DNA of 64,000 nt from Octopus bimaculoides (lineage: Eukaryota). Position numbers and translations under genes: made by a program. The DNA is taken from assembly GCF_001194135.2 (NCBI RefSeq), contig NC_068982.1:31049275-31113274 (forward strand), given 5' to 3'. The stretch's first letter is position 1; every line of letters starts with the position of its first letter. Shown piece by piece: positions 1 to 13,280 of the stretch. Below the pieces are notes generated by a model. That model had not been told where the DNA came from and made no database searches. It was given only the letters and a program-made list of their open reading frames with translations.

Positions 1-24
1 ATTTAATTTGCGTATACAGATTTA

Positions 25-230
25 ATCTGCGATCCATGGGACGAGCCGTTTTAACGTTGCGTCCTGCCCGAAGCTCGTCGAAACGCCGGTGTTAAAACGT
101 GGGTAGCTGATGAAGTAGAATGTTCTCTATGTGGCTCGTGTGTTCTCGTCTACGTTTGTTTGCAATGTCCTGTACCCAGATATTCACCTATACATACAGG
201 TGGATGTCGGTATGCACATACCTGTACGTA
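25..230 (+). repeat. Dispersed repeat family P, copy 1 (CTGATGAAG-containing module)
   Basis: CTGATGAAGTAGAATGTTCTCTATGTGGC at 107-135 resembles CTGATGAAGGGAATGTTCGTTATGTTGC (13010-13175, minus) and CTGATGAAGGGTCGTTCTTTATGTTAC (from 47501). Confidence 0.45.
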
Positions 231-892
231 TATATGCATATACTCATTTACTTTTGTTTATATATATATATATATATATGTGCATGTGTGTGTGTACGTG
301 TGCGTTTGTGTATGGGTGCGTCAATATGTAAGTATGTATTTGCAAAAAACATGTAGCTGATCAAAGTTAGCTAAATTCATCTAACAGTTCTTAACACGTT
401 CGTGTGTTGGCATGATTCTCTGTATGTTATCTCATGTGATTTTTGTCAAAAAAATTAAACAAAGATCAATATTTATATGATCAATTTTTTTCAACAGAGA
501 TTACTGACATGTTACTTTTGTAAGATAGACTCACGGGTAAATTGCAGAGATAGGTAAGTAAAGAATTAGTTGGTTATAGTGAATTACAGATATTAACAAT
601 GCTGATTATTGCAATAACATCTCGATTGCTCGAAAATTTGGGATAAAATTGTTTATAAACATAAAATTATTCTGGGGAATATTTGAATTCAAAATATTTC
701 CTTTCCGTGAGGGACGGCGACACACGCACACAGACAGATAGACAGACACACACACACACACGCGCGCACACACACACAAATAGACAGACACACACATACA
801 CGCGCACACACTCATACATACACATGCGCATTCGCACATACACAGATGTATGTACATAGCATTATTCATAGCTCTACGTGTTTCGGCATAGC

Positions 893-1100
893 GTAAAGGG
901 TAAAGATTCCCTTCGGTCATGGATGACCATGGAATTGCACCTAGAAAGTTCCCCTCTGAGGCACAAGTCCAGGCAAAGTTATTTATGGAAGACCAGAAGT
1001 CACTCATTCATACCAGCCTCCCCTCCCCATCTTACCTATTTAATCCAAATGAAGGGCAAAGGCTGATACAGCTTGGCACCAGTGACATCACAACTCATTT
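893..1100 (-). mobile_element. SINE family C-type 3' body fragment
   Basis: Complex GC-richer block (GATGACCATGGAATTGCACCTAGAAAG...GATACAGCTTGGCACCAGTGACATCACAACTCATTTC) that I recognise from memory as an octopus SINE body. There is no second copy in the window. Confidence 0.45.
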
Positions 1101-1104
1101 CTGC

Positions 1105-1195
1105 TTGTGCACATGTCTTGTACTTTAGCCTCAGGCCGACCAAAGCCTTGTGAGTGGATTTGGTAAGCGGAAGCTGAAAGAAGCCCGTGGTAAAT
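1105..1195 (+). mobile_element. SINE family A fragment
   Basis: TAGCCTCAGGCCGACCAAAGCCTTGTGAGTGGATTTGG...CGGAAGCTGAAAGAAGCCC matches the reverse complement of the near-full-length copy at 40355-40776. Confidence 0.8.
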
Positions 1196-1473
1196 GTGAG
1201 TATACATACATANNNNNNNNNNNNNNNNNNNNNNNNNNNNNNNNNNNNNNNNNNNNNNNNNNNNNNNNNNNNNNNNNNNNNNNNNNNNNNNNNNNNNNNN
1301 NNNNNNNNNNNNNNNNNNNNNNNNNNNNNNNNNNNNNNNNNNNNNNNNNNNNNNNNNNNNNNNNNNNNNNNNNNNNNNNNNNNNNNNNNNNNNNNNNNNN
1401 NNNNNNNNNNNNNNNNNNNNNNNNNNNNNNNNNNNNNNNNNNNNNNNNNNNNNNNNNNNNNNNNNNNNNNNNN

Positions 1474-1548
<75 letters not shown>

Positions 1549-2504
1549 AAGCAGCTAGATACGTATGTATATGTACGAAAATTTATGCAGTCACAGGCTC
1601 ACTTAAACATGGCTGTTACGTAATGTAGATTTCTCAACAATAATTAAAACTATCGGCAGTAGAGAATCAACTAACTATTATGTACTGCAGTTGGTTCAAT
1701 CGATTATATCTATGTTTTGAACGTTTGTTGCACCAAACAAATATCAGAATCCCATACAGTTCCTTTACTGACCACGAGAAAGCAGAATTAAAATTCCATC
1801 AAGCAGAATCAATGATGAAATTTCCTCCGGAGTTGCATTTGATTCACTTCCAAAATATGCTAACGCTCTTCAAAATAATACATTTAATAAATAAAGTTGT
1901 AGACAGTTTTTTTTGTTACTGTAAATTCTGTAAATTCGTAGTTACTTCGTTCTGTACAAAATCAATACCAAAGATTTTCTTCAGCAAGTATTATACACGA
2001 ACTGAGTACTTGATTCGATTTGCTGTCCAGTTTTAACTTATTTCTGTAAATAATGTAAGAAAAGACGTGAATATTATAAATCCTCCTAGATTACATTTTC
2101 TATGCAATAATTCCAGTCATTCCTTAGCAAAAGTCTGTACCGCACTCTACCTCAACTTACAGTTGCATATATTTTATACAACATCCAATTTTTTGCAAAG
2201 TACTCTACCTAGTTAGCTGTTTCACGCTATCGAAGCATTTTTCGGTTACGTTCGTCTCGTGGACACCTTCCTCACCACCATGATCATCATTTACAACAGC
2301 AACAACGACAACATTAAGAACAACGATGACCACTACGACGACGACGACAACAACAACAAAAACAACAACAACAGCACTCCCACCTCTGAGGGACTGTACT
2401 TCCCTCTCCACTATCAATTTCCTTTTCAAGTGAAACTTGAACGAGTGCTCTACCAAAGAGTAATGTATTTGTCCTCATGCCTTTCAGCCTTGTCCACCAG
2501 AAGA

Positions 2505-2580
2505 CTTTGGTCACCCGAGGCTATAGTACAAGACACTCCCAAGGTGCCACTGAACCCGGAACCATGTGATTGGGAAGTGA
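2505..2580 (-). mobile_element. SINE family A 5' fragment
   Basis: CTTTGGTCACCCGAGGCTATAGTACAAGACACTCCCAAGGTGCCACTGAACCCGGAACCATGTG aligns to 40613-40690. Confidence 0.75.
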
Positions 2581-3069
2581 CTTATTTTTCTTTCATAAAA
2601 TGTATTTAAATCTGAAAAATTCGTAATATTGCGATATCTGATTCAAATTTTGTAACAATATATTGAAGTACTAATTCCTGTTATTGACTTAAATGATTAT
2701 TGTTTAGCTTAAATTATACCCAGATAAAATAGACCGCTGATCACAAAAGCTTGATTATACCATCTTTTTTCCCCAGGTTTATCATACCGACGACTACATT
2801 AACTAATGACCCTTTAATTTTGAAAGTGGGTTCTAACTTAAGGTAGTTTTTGGCTGTATGATTAGTATGATAGGCATCCAGGCAGAGAAATGCTCTTGTT
2901 ATGTATTTCCATATTAGAGTGCAGATGCGTATGTGTGTGTATGTATGTGTGTATGTATGTGTGTGTATGTGTGTGTGTGTGTGTGTGTGTTTGTGTACTT
3001 GCGTGTGTTTGTGTGCGTGCGTGTGAGTATGTTTGGAGAGATAGAGAATTACATGACATGCGAAATCAT

Positions 3070-3272
3070 CCTTTCTTTCATAGGCAAAGGCCTGAAATAT
3101 TAGGAGAGGGGCAATCGATTGCAGTGATCTCAATGTGAAACCGGTACTTATTTCCGAAAGGATGAAAGTCAAAGTCGACCTCGGCGGAATTTGAACTCAG
3201 AACGAAAGGATAGGTGGAATTCTGCTAAGCATTTGCTCCGGCATGCGAATGATTCTGCCAGCTTACCGCCTT
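3070..3272 (-). mobile_element. SINE family B (tRNA-derived head; GAGGTCGACTTTGCCTTTCATCC central domain)
   Basis: The reverse complement aligns with 17192-17405 over head and central domain (GGATGAAAGTCAAAGTCGACCTCGGCGGAATTTGAACTCAGAAC). Confidence 0.85.
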
Positions 3273-3861
3273 TCATGATAGTAAATAATGAATGATGTCA
3301 ATTTATTTCCTGGTTGAGTGACGCATTCAACTGATCCAACTTTAATCAATGAACCAAATAGTATGTGACTTTTCTAGTTTTACACGCACTTGTCATTCTA
3401 GATAAATAAAACAATTTTACTGGTGAATAAGAATAGGATTTCTCAGGTTGACTGACCCAGGTCAAAGTACATGAAGGTAATGGAATCTGTTGGGGGCTAA
3501 TGAACTAGACTAAAAATGGGACTTCTACTAGATTAACCTCTCCAAGTCTCTGTATATTAGGATAAAGTCTTTGATGGTGTTTCAGTGACATACAAAACGT
3601 TATTGGACGCTTCCATTCATATATCTGCACTCTCTTCTATTAGGTCTCAGATCAAAGGCTGAAAATCGAAATTCAGAGAGATTGGCGTAAATTCAATATA
3701 GAAAATATATTGTTCACTCTCTTATATGCAATATATATATATAGCTTATCCATCTCCATGCTTGCAAATAAATTCAAAAAGGATACTAAAAGATCAATAT
3801 ATATATACACATATATGCATACATATACATGCGAGTAAGAATGTGTGCATGTGTGTATATA

Positions 3862-3932
<71 letters not shown>

Positions 3933-4051
3933 TAATAGGTATATATAGACACACTTGCATACACATACATATATGAACATGTACATGCACTTATCTTATA
4001 GTATCTGAAAATTAAACAAATGCAACCGCAGCACACACACATAAATTATCC

Positions 4052-4093
<42 letters not shown>

Positions 4094-4115
4094 GCATACA
4101 CACACACATACATTT

Positions 4116-4189
<74 letters not shown>

Positions 4190-5227
4190 GTGTAAATAAG
4201 TACATATATATATATATATAAATACATATGTATATCTATCTATCNNNNNNNNNNTATATATATATATATATATATATGAGCATATAAATATGTAGATATA
4301 TACTGATACACATACACATAGATGCTTACGAGCACATATTGGTACATGCATTCATATATACACGCACATTGATGCAGTTACCAATAACACACGCATATAA
4401 GCTATACTTCATAATATATAGGACACAAGCATGTATCACTTTTGTTGCAAAAACGAAAGGTAAAATATAGGCATAAAAACATTTGTAAAAAAGAAAAAAG
4501 AGATCTATGTGTAAGAAACTTATACAGAAAATCTAAAAAAATATATTTTAAGCTAGTCTAGGGAAGAATAAATAGGAAGAAAAATCGTTATAGATGCAAG
4601 AGAGAGGAAAGAAAATGCTAGACAGACAGTGGCGAATAAAGGGGGAGAGAAGAAAACAAAGAAAACATAAAGTGGAAATAGAAAGGAAGAGAATATGAAG
4701 AAAGAGATCCTCTATTTATATGGTGTGTGTGTGTGTGTGTGTGTGTGTTTGCGTGCGTGTAAATTTGCATGAGACAAGCGTGGTGAGAAAGAAGAACAAA
4801 AACCAAATGGAGAAAATTTAAGATGGGGACTGATATTCATACAACATGATGTAAAGCGTGTTTAAGTCTCGTTATTCATGCAACTTGAAAATAATACACT
4901 ATATAAAAAAAATATGGATCTTCTCAATAATGAAAACAGGCAATACGTATGTAGTCACATATATGCATTCACAGACACATCAATCACATAAGAAGCGTAA
5001 ATGTATACACTCATATCCATACATATAAACAAACACACACATACATGCTACAGACCAGGCGATGATTCAAATACACATACATTTATGCATACATGGACAA
5101 ACTAATATGCACACCAAACTTGCATATCTTTATTGTTTTGTACAGAAGAAGAAGAAATTGAAATATATGAGACAGTCACATAAAGAAATGTGATGTTTAT
5201 ATTCTTTTATTTTTTTTGCCCTTTTAA

Positions 5228-5472
5228 TTGTTTCAGTCATGCTAGAGCACCGCCTATAGTGGAACAAATCGACCCCAGGACTTATTCTTTGTAAGCCTAG
5301 TACTCATTATATCGGGCTCTTTTTGCTGAACCATTAAGTGAAAGTGACGTAAACTCACCAACATTGATTGTCAAGCGATGGTAGGGGACAAACACAGACA
5401 CAAATAACAAATACNNNNNNNNNNATTGTCAAGCGATGGTAGGGGACAAACACAGACACAAATAACAAATAC

Positions 5473-5480
<8 letters not shown>
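5228..5480 (-). mobile_element. SINE family A 3' half
   Basis: TTTCAGTCAT...GAGCACCGCC...TCGACCCCAGGACTTATTCTTTGTAAGCCTAGTAC...GTCAAGCGATGG matches the copies at 21428 and 40355. Confidence 0.85.
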
Positions 5481-5539
<59 letters not shown>

Positions 5540-5613
5540 GATACACACACATAGACACACACACATGCATATACACACATACATACATACATATATATAT
5601 ATATATACACACA

Positions 5614-5681
<68 letters not shown>

Positions 5682-6677
5682 CACATATACACACATATAT
5701 ATCCACGAAAGGTTATAAAATTACACTAGTTTTACGAATACCCTTAAAAATGTAGATCTAAATATTTTAGCAGAAGAGAGATAGTGGCAATTGTGTAATA
5801 TAATGGAATAAAATATTTCCTCGGGTGAGGGAAGGAAGAAACTAATTCCAATTTTGATCATAAGAGATGAAGTCGTTGCATCAGTATGTAGTACTTTTCA
5901 GAAAACGTACTGAAACTATAGACATGAGAGAAAACTGTTCTGATAATTGATTAATTTATCATTGGTAACTGATCTGGAAATTGCATTCAGATTCCCAAAG
6001 TACTTCGAGAATATGGTGACATTTCGTACAAATTTATAACCAACTGGAAAAATATATGCTAGTTTCAAATGTTTAGCTAGGCAGAGAAGTTTTTGCAGTG
6101 AATTGTATTTCAGACAAAAAGGATGTAAAGTAAAGTACATTTTGGCTGACAATTAGAAAAACGTATTAATAAGATAAAGGTGGACCTTGGATTGGTAGTA
6201 TTGCTTTGCACATCACTTTGGTGAATAAAAAGTCATTATAATAAATGTAAAGGGGAAAGATAAGGGAAGAGAGATCACAAGCCCTTTGAATAAGGACTAT
6301 TAGTCTTTGTGTGATGATTTATCTAAATTTTATGTATTTAACGTCCCTGCACACTGATTGTCTTTGGGTACTCCTTCTCAGCCATCTCCTTTCTTTCAAT
6401 TATAAATAACTAATGTATCTCTAAGAATCTCGGAAACGCATTCACTATTTCTTATATTACTAGTATTTTGCGTAGTCTTTATAAATAATGCAAATTTCAT
6501 AATCCGGATGTTTGTAGCTTATCAACCAGAAAACCCAAATATTGTCAAATTACTTTTCAACAACATAATATGCCTGTTTTAAAAATTAAGATTAGAAAAT
6601 TGCATTCCCTTATGGGCAGTTAATGACTCTGTAACATAAGTATCTCGGTCACAGCACATACATTTTATATAAATGTA

Positions 6678-6684
<7 letters not shown>

Positions 6685-6748
<64 letters not shown>
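6685..6748. repeat. (GA)n microsatellite, representative of many (TA)n/(CA)n/(GA)n/(TAGA)n tracts across the window
   Basis: Perfect dinucleotide array, directly visible. Confidence 0.95.
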
Positions 6749-6753
<5 letters not shown>

Positions 6754-7505
6754 CTGTGGTATCTGAAATCTTCTTTAGACTACACTCTATCACCTTAATA
6801 AAAAAAAAAACGCAGACTATAGAAATTAAATGGCTTGAGCTTCTTTGATTATATATCAGTATGTTCGGGGTTAACTTGAGACTAAACAGCGGTGAAAGAG
6901 CATTTACAAAATATAGCCTCAAAAAGTGCAGCAAGTCCAGTCAATGATAGGTAATCGTATAATTACCGACTTTCAACAATATATGCATCATTGAACTGCA
7001 TCTTCTTGTTAACTCTTATTCAGTCATTACATTAGCAAAAATTGCTCTCAAAGTTGATAGAAAATCAGATTACTGTTTGAAAGATCAATAGTTCATATGT
7101 TAAAGTGGTTCTTTGACAAGGCTATAAGCATAACATTTATCCCACTCCCACCTTCAACTAACCTAAAACGTTACTTGAACAGATACTAATAAATGTTAAA
7201 ATATACTGTATATGATTGCTCAAATATTGCAACAGTCATCATTTTGAACTTATTTGCTCTATACATACCCTTTTTATTTTGATCTGAATTGACATAGAAT
7301 AATTATTCATTAAATTAAAACAAAGCCAGTTATGTAGTGGTGAGGCTGATGCACATTTATATGAGCCCTATATATTTCTGTATATTTTTATCTATCTACG
7401 ACCTAGCTTTATGTTGTAAAAAGATAAAATTGAATACTGTAGTCTTTGCTTCATTTTTTTTTATCATACTCTTCCTTTTTCCAGAGATTAGAATTAACCT
7501 TGTCA

Positions 7506-7889
7506 TGGCTGTCAGACAATTTCTGCGACCACATCACCCCTAACATCTGGCCATCTAACTCTCCAGACTGCAACGCCCTTCATTATTATGTGTAGGGCGC
7601 AATTGAGAGAGAGACCAGCAAAACTCCCTATACCAGCAAAGATGAACTGAAGCCAAGGAGTATAGCAGCATTTACCAACTTAAGCAAGGAGACCGTTCAG
7701 AAGAGTTGCAGAAGATTCCGAAGCCATCTGGAGGCCGTGGTTAAAGTTAATGGCAATTTTATTGAATGAATTTACGCTTTAATATTTCAAGATATTTTAA
7801 TGTAATTTTGGTAAATATATCTGTGAAAATGAGATGTCAGTGATATTCTAATTTTTGCGTAATTTAGACGACAATTTATTCACCGCACC

Positions 7890-7893
<4 letters not shown>
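7506..7893 (+). mobile_element. Tc1/mariner-superfamily transposase C-terminal remnant plus probable right end
   Basis: 7506-7769 translates WLSDNFCDHITPNIWPSNSPDCNALHYYV*GAIERETSKTPYTSKDELK...FRSHLEAVVKVNGNFIE*. This carries the WPxNSPDxNPL motif (third catalytic Asp) and the typical VxxxGxxIE* end, with one in-frame stop. AATTTATTCACCGCACCCT at ~7873-7891 resembles a TIR. Confidence 0.85.
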
Positions 7894-7940
<47 letters not shown>

Positions 7941-9342
7941 CGTGTGTGCGTGCATGTGTCTGTGTTTATATATATATATATATACGTCATATATATAGAC
8001 ATACACATACATACACACGTGCACGCACACACACACACACGCACACACACATATATGCATTTGTTTATACGTTTTTGTGTTCATTGGTGACAGATAACTA
8101 AAAAAATCTGTGCAGTGGCCAAATATAGCTGGCGATATTTAAATTGAGCGATGCTACTTTCCGTCAATGTGTGTTCAATCCTCATACTGGGATGGATATA
8201 GCTAACTAAACTTTATAGACAGTGTTATTTAATAATGAAAGAATAATAAAATGTCAAGACAAAAACTGAAACATTGCTTCAATCCAATGTATTAACACTT
8301 CACTTTGATTATCTAAGCGTATGCTTTAAGCAAACTACATCCAGCGTTTCATGAAAAATATAAATGGAGAAATGCTTCGTAAATTCTTATCAATATCTAT
8401 AAAACACAAGATGTTTGTGTGTGTGTGTACGTGATGTGGGTTATGCACGTCCACAAATTAGCACGCATGTCGCTCCAATTTTAGGAGGACATTGTTCATG
8501 ACCCTACCTGTGTTTTTGTCAACTTTTTCTCACAGAGGCACCCGCGTATAGCTGTAAGAATCGATAAACTTTTACCAATTTTGAAGTTTGTTGACATGGC
8601 GAAGTCAAATCTGTGCGTACGCGCGTGAAGGAGAGAGACAGAGCAAGAGAGAGAGAAAGAAAGAGAGGGAGAAAGGAAGAAAGAGAGAGAAAGAAAGAAA
8701 GAGAGAGAGAAAGAAAAGAGAGAGAANNNNNNNNNNNNNNNNNNNNNNNNNNNNNNNNNNNNNNNNNNNNNNNNNNNNNNNNNNNNNNNNNNNNNNNNNN
8801 NNNNNNNNNNNNNNNNNNNNNNNNNNNNNNNNNNNNNNNNNNNNNNNNNNNNNNNNNNNNNNNNNNNNNNNNNNNNNNNNNNNNNNNNNNNNNNNNNNNN
8901 NNNNNNNNNNNNNNNNNNNNNNNNNNNNNNNNNNNNNNNNNNNNNNNNNNNNNNNNNNNNNNNNNNNNNNNNNNNNNNNNNNNNNNNNNNNNNNNNNNNN
9001 NNNNNNNNNNNNNNNNNNNNNNNNNNNNNNNNNNNNNNNNNNNNNNNNNNNNNNNNNNNNNNNNNNNNNNNNNNNNNNNNNNNNNNNNNNNNNNNNNNNN
9101 NNNNNNNNNNNNNNNNNNNNNNNNNNNNNNNNNNNNNNNNNNNNNNNNNNNNNNNNNNNNNNNNNNNNNNNNNNNNNNNNNNNNNNNNNNNNNNNNNNNN
9201 NNNNNNNNNNNNNNNNNNNNNNNNNNNNNNNNNNNNNNNNNNNNNNNNNNNNNNNNNNNNNNNNNNNNNNNNNNNNNNNNNNNNNNNNNNNNNNNNNNNN
9301 NNNNNNNNNNNNNNNNNNNNNNNNNNNNNNNNNNNNNNNNNN

Positions 9343-9715
9343 GGGTTAGGATTTAGGGTTAGGGTTAGAGTTAACATAGAAGGGACAGGCTCCTTATTTT
9401 TTAGTTAAGGTTGTTGGTAAGCTTTCCTAAGTTACTCCAATCCAGATCCCCAATGCAAACCTTCAGATCAACCTTCTCCTATGCAGATCTCTAATGCAAC
9501 ATTTAAAAAAAGAGTCAGTAAGTGAAAATAACCAATAAACTGATTCCTTATGGGATTTCCCAATCAAATTGCCAGCAAACCATTTTCAGCCAAACCAATT
9601 TCAACGGATTTCGCTCAAATCTGATGTCGATGTTACTTACTTTGGTTTGAAATAAAGGACTTAATCATTTAATAATCCTAGCTTAATCCCGAGCAGCGCC
9701 GGGTTATACTGCTAG
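9343..9715 (+). mobile_element. Non-autonomous Helitron 3' portion with (GGGTTA)n-like repeat
   Basis: Ends in the hairpin CCCG-AGCAGCGC-CGGG (9688-9703) followed by CTAG (9712-9715) and T, the canonical Helitron 3' terminus. GGGTTAGG/TTAGGG repeats lie at 9343-9372 next to the gap. Confidence 0.6.
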
Positions 9716-11909
9716 TATATGATAAAGTGTATTGCGTTAATATTAGCCTCAAATATTTTGCTTCTTACACGCACTGTGCATCTGAGTACCTGACCAGAGT
9801 GGTTTCTTTTCAAAAAATTATATCAACATTTGTCGGATAAGTTCAACTCATCGATTTGCAAACATTTCCCTCAGCGCATTACAACCACTAATTCACACTT
9901 GCTCCCCTGATTGGCATATCATGTGTTCCCCTGATTGGCATATCATCTACACTCAAATACAATTGAAAGCACCCACCTGTATCTTACACAAAGCGTTTCT
10001 GCTTCTTTGATTCACTTCAGAAATCCTTCAATAAGCATTTCTGGGACACCATCCCCACTGACATTTTCCCCAACAGGCTCTAAACCTAGAAAACTTCATT
10101 ACTGAAAATCAACCACATCAAGTTTTCTCTTACTGAATAGAAAGCTGAACAAAACAAACCGCTGAATTTCTAGGAACTACTGTTTTATGAGAGGACATAA
10201 TTCCTTTCATGAATTACACTCTCTTGATGTGGTATTGTTGTCTAAATTACACAGAAGTGTCCTTTATGTAATACACGATAATCATCTTTGGAAATATAAG
10301 AGGAATCACACATCAATGTAGTCAGATAACAAAAGTATTGATTCAAAGTTGTGACGCTAATATTATGGCTTTTTGGCAGGTGGAAACTACGCTACTTCAG
10401 TCGAGGCACTTCCTAAATGTATCAATATTTGTAAACGCACAAAAGCTACAAAAGTGATATAATGATTTTAAGGAATATCGATTCAATGGTGAAATAAGTT
10501 CTCATTAAATAATGAAAATAGACTTTTACAATGATACTTAGGAAGTAAATTTTGCTGTATTCTAAGGGCTGAGTCAGTTATATAGTCAAGTGGGCAAATA
10601 CAATCATCAACAGATAAATAGAAATACAGAACATTTTGCTGGCAAAGGGAGAACATTTCCCTCTGCAAGTGAAGCATAACACGATTTTCTTTATTATTCT
10701 GAATGTATTCCATTGTTACCGAAATAATTTCCAATTCTTCTGAATGAAGGGTTTACTAATTAAGTCTGTGGAATTACGTTTGAAGACTGAAATTAAGTAT
10801 TATTATTTCCTTTAAGGCTTTCGTCCTGACAATGGCACGTCTCTGAATAGTTTTAATACTTTTAACAAGAAATTTGGAAGCTAAGCTATTTTACTAAACA
10901 GGAAATCAAGACTATAATTGGCAAAACTCCAGAAATATTTGTTTCCTTGTAAGATATAGCCATTAGCCTAACAGTGGGAATAGTAATAATCTTGATAGAT
11001 AATAAACAGTTTTGCACCTTTTCAATCGAAAGACATTTTCCAACCTTCTAGTCCTTAACAGCACCTGGAATTGGTGGCAATCAGCTGTCCACTTCTGGTT
11101 TGTTGTCTAGCTAATCTAATTTAGAAACTGAGAATGATAAATGAAATTTATTTACTGCTGAATGATACAAATCCAATTGTACAAAACAATTAATCATACA
11201 ATTTTAATGTCCTTATCTTATAAGAAAGGACGCATCCGATTAACTCATCAATGAACCTGCGGGATTGACGGGTGATGACCTCAGTCGAATGGTCACATGT
11301 CTGAATTAAATATTTGGTACTCTTCTCTTCCTTATCTAGGTAGATGCATGCACAGGTTAGTTAAGACACAGTTTTAGCTTCTGGCAGTGCAAATTTATTT
11401 TAAGTTACTGGATATCAAAATGCCTCAACAGTGTCCATCTAATGGAAAAAGAAAGAAACAAAATAAGGAAACTCTCAAAATATTTATCGGAAATAAATTA
11501 TCTTTATACGATTTTATAAAGATTTAGAACAACTTATTCACTGGGAAAGCAATCATTCAACGTCTACATTTTTTGCAACGTTATAGATGGCAACTTCATT
11601 GGCAAGTAATGGCGACACAACAATGCTACTTATAGTAAAGCTGAATAAGTTAAAATTTTAGTAACACAGGTTTTAGTCAGCTATTAATCTTAGTTTATTT
11701 TTTAAAAAAAAGACATGTAATGTTTTAGTTTCCATACACCTAAAATAAATTTTCAGCCACACATCACGACAGTATATTCGCATATACACACTCATCCGTG
11801 CATAAACACATTTTATACACAAACATACAGACTTATGCACATATATACTTATGTATTACACATACACACACAAACACATATGTGCACGTATTGTGCAGTA
11901 TATACATGC

Positions 11910-11987
11910 AAGTGTCTCCTGCTATAGCCTTGGGCCGACCAAAGCCTGTGAGTGTAATCAGTAGACGGAAGCTGAAAGAAACCCATC

Positions 11988-12086
<99 letters not shown>

Positions 12087-12300
12087 CATTTGTGTGTCTG
12101 TGTTTGTCCTGCTACTCCACCAACTATTGCTTGACGACCGGTGTTGGTGTGTTTACGTCCTCATAACTTATCGCTTTGGGAAGGAAGACCGATGGAATAA
12201 GTACTAGGTTTACAAAGAATAAGTCCTGGTGTTGATTTGTTCGAGTAAAGTGCGGTGCTCCAGCATGGCCGCAGTCAAATGACTGAAACAAATAAGCGAA
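11910..12300 (+). mobile_element. SINE family A, 5'-truncated, with internal (TA)n(TG)n
   Basis: AAGTGTCTCCTGCTATAGCCTTGGGCCGACCAAAGCC...GCGGTGCTCCAGCATGGCCGCAGTCAAATGACTGAAAC; the reverse complement of the 40355-40776 copy. Confidence 0.9.
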
Positions 12301-13009
12301 TGAAAGAAAAATATTTTTACACAACACAAACATTCATACATATATGCATACAATTATAAATACATTTATTTATATATAAACATATAGTGTCTATATGTGT
12401 CTGTGATTCTTTTAGTTTGACAATCGATGTGATTACATCGTCATATCATATAGAGAAACCGATGAAATATGATACAGCTTTAAATTTTGTACTGTCCGCG
12501 GAGCGAAGGGATTAACTGAAACTTTTTAATATGTTCCACCAAAACCACAGTTCTACAACTGGAAAATATTTGCATATGGATGTGCACATGCAAACACACG
12601 CACGCACACACACACACGCGCGCACACAATGCGCATGCACGCACACAAACAAACTCATAGGCACACAAAGTAGACACACGCGCTCAAATACACACACTTA
12701 TCAGATTAAAGGGGATTTATAAAACCGAGAGGTTTTCTCAGACACCACTCATGCGAATACCGGCTAACAAAATGCACAGAAGTGGATAGTTTTCCTTAAA
12801 TAAAACCGTTCCAAACAAATTGAAATTTTAAGGGTGATTTTTTTGACGCAGAGCATAATAAGGTAAGTCCAAGACTGGAGGTGATATTACCATAACCTCA
12901 ATTCCTGGACTTATATATATATATATGTGTGTGGGTGTGTGTGTGTATGCATATATATACACACATGTACATGCCTGAATATATATGTATATATACATGC
13001 ATATATGGG

Positions 13010-13175
13010 TGCAGGACGTCAAAAAAACGTGAACAAAATGAGAAACGAGAACATAAAAAATAAAAGCATGGAAAACGAACTTTATTCAAACAACGAAAGA
13101 AACAAATAAAGAAACGAGACAGGCAACATAACGAACATTCCCTTCATCAGTTGTCCCCTGTTTTATCTACTCCGC
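13010..13175 (-). repeat. Dispersed repeat family P, copy 2
   Basis: Reverse complement GAGTAGATAAAACAGGGGACAACTGATGAAGGGAATGTTCGTTATGTTGCC...CATGCTTTT...ACGTTTTTTTGACGTC aligns with 47480-47630. Confidence 0.7.
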
Positions 13176-13194
13176 AAAAGCATCACAAAAAACC

Positions 13195-13280
13195 GTTTCA
13201 CATTCCCGTTCGTGAGAAAGTTGTGATCAAGACTGTTTCCAGTCTTGATCACAACTGTCCGACAAACGGGAACGTGGAAC
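13195..13280. other. 86-nt symmetric inverted repeat (hairpin)
   Basis: 41-nt arms without bulges. The inner 17 bp are perfect (13219-13235 with 13240-13256) around a 4-nt loop, TTTC on plus and GAAA on minus. Confidence 0.9.

Noticed and set aside
1750-1870. Minus-strand ALAYFGSESNATPEEI..., resembling formin FH2 YFGE...PEEF
   Set aside because: The similarity is limited to a few residues, the acceptor is weak and no neighbouring exons support it.
13219-13256. CRISPR-repeat or guide-scaffold-like appearance (GTTGTG...CACAAC)
   Set aside because: It is a single hairpin with no repeat-spacer array or Cas gene, in a eukaryotic context.
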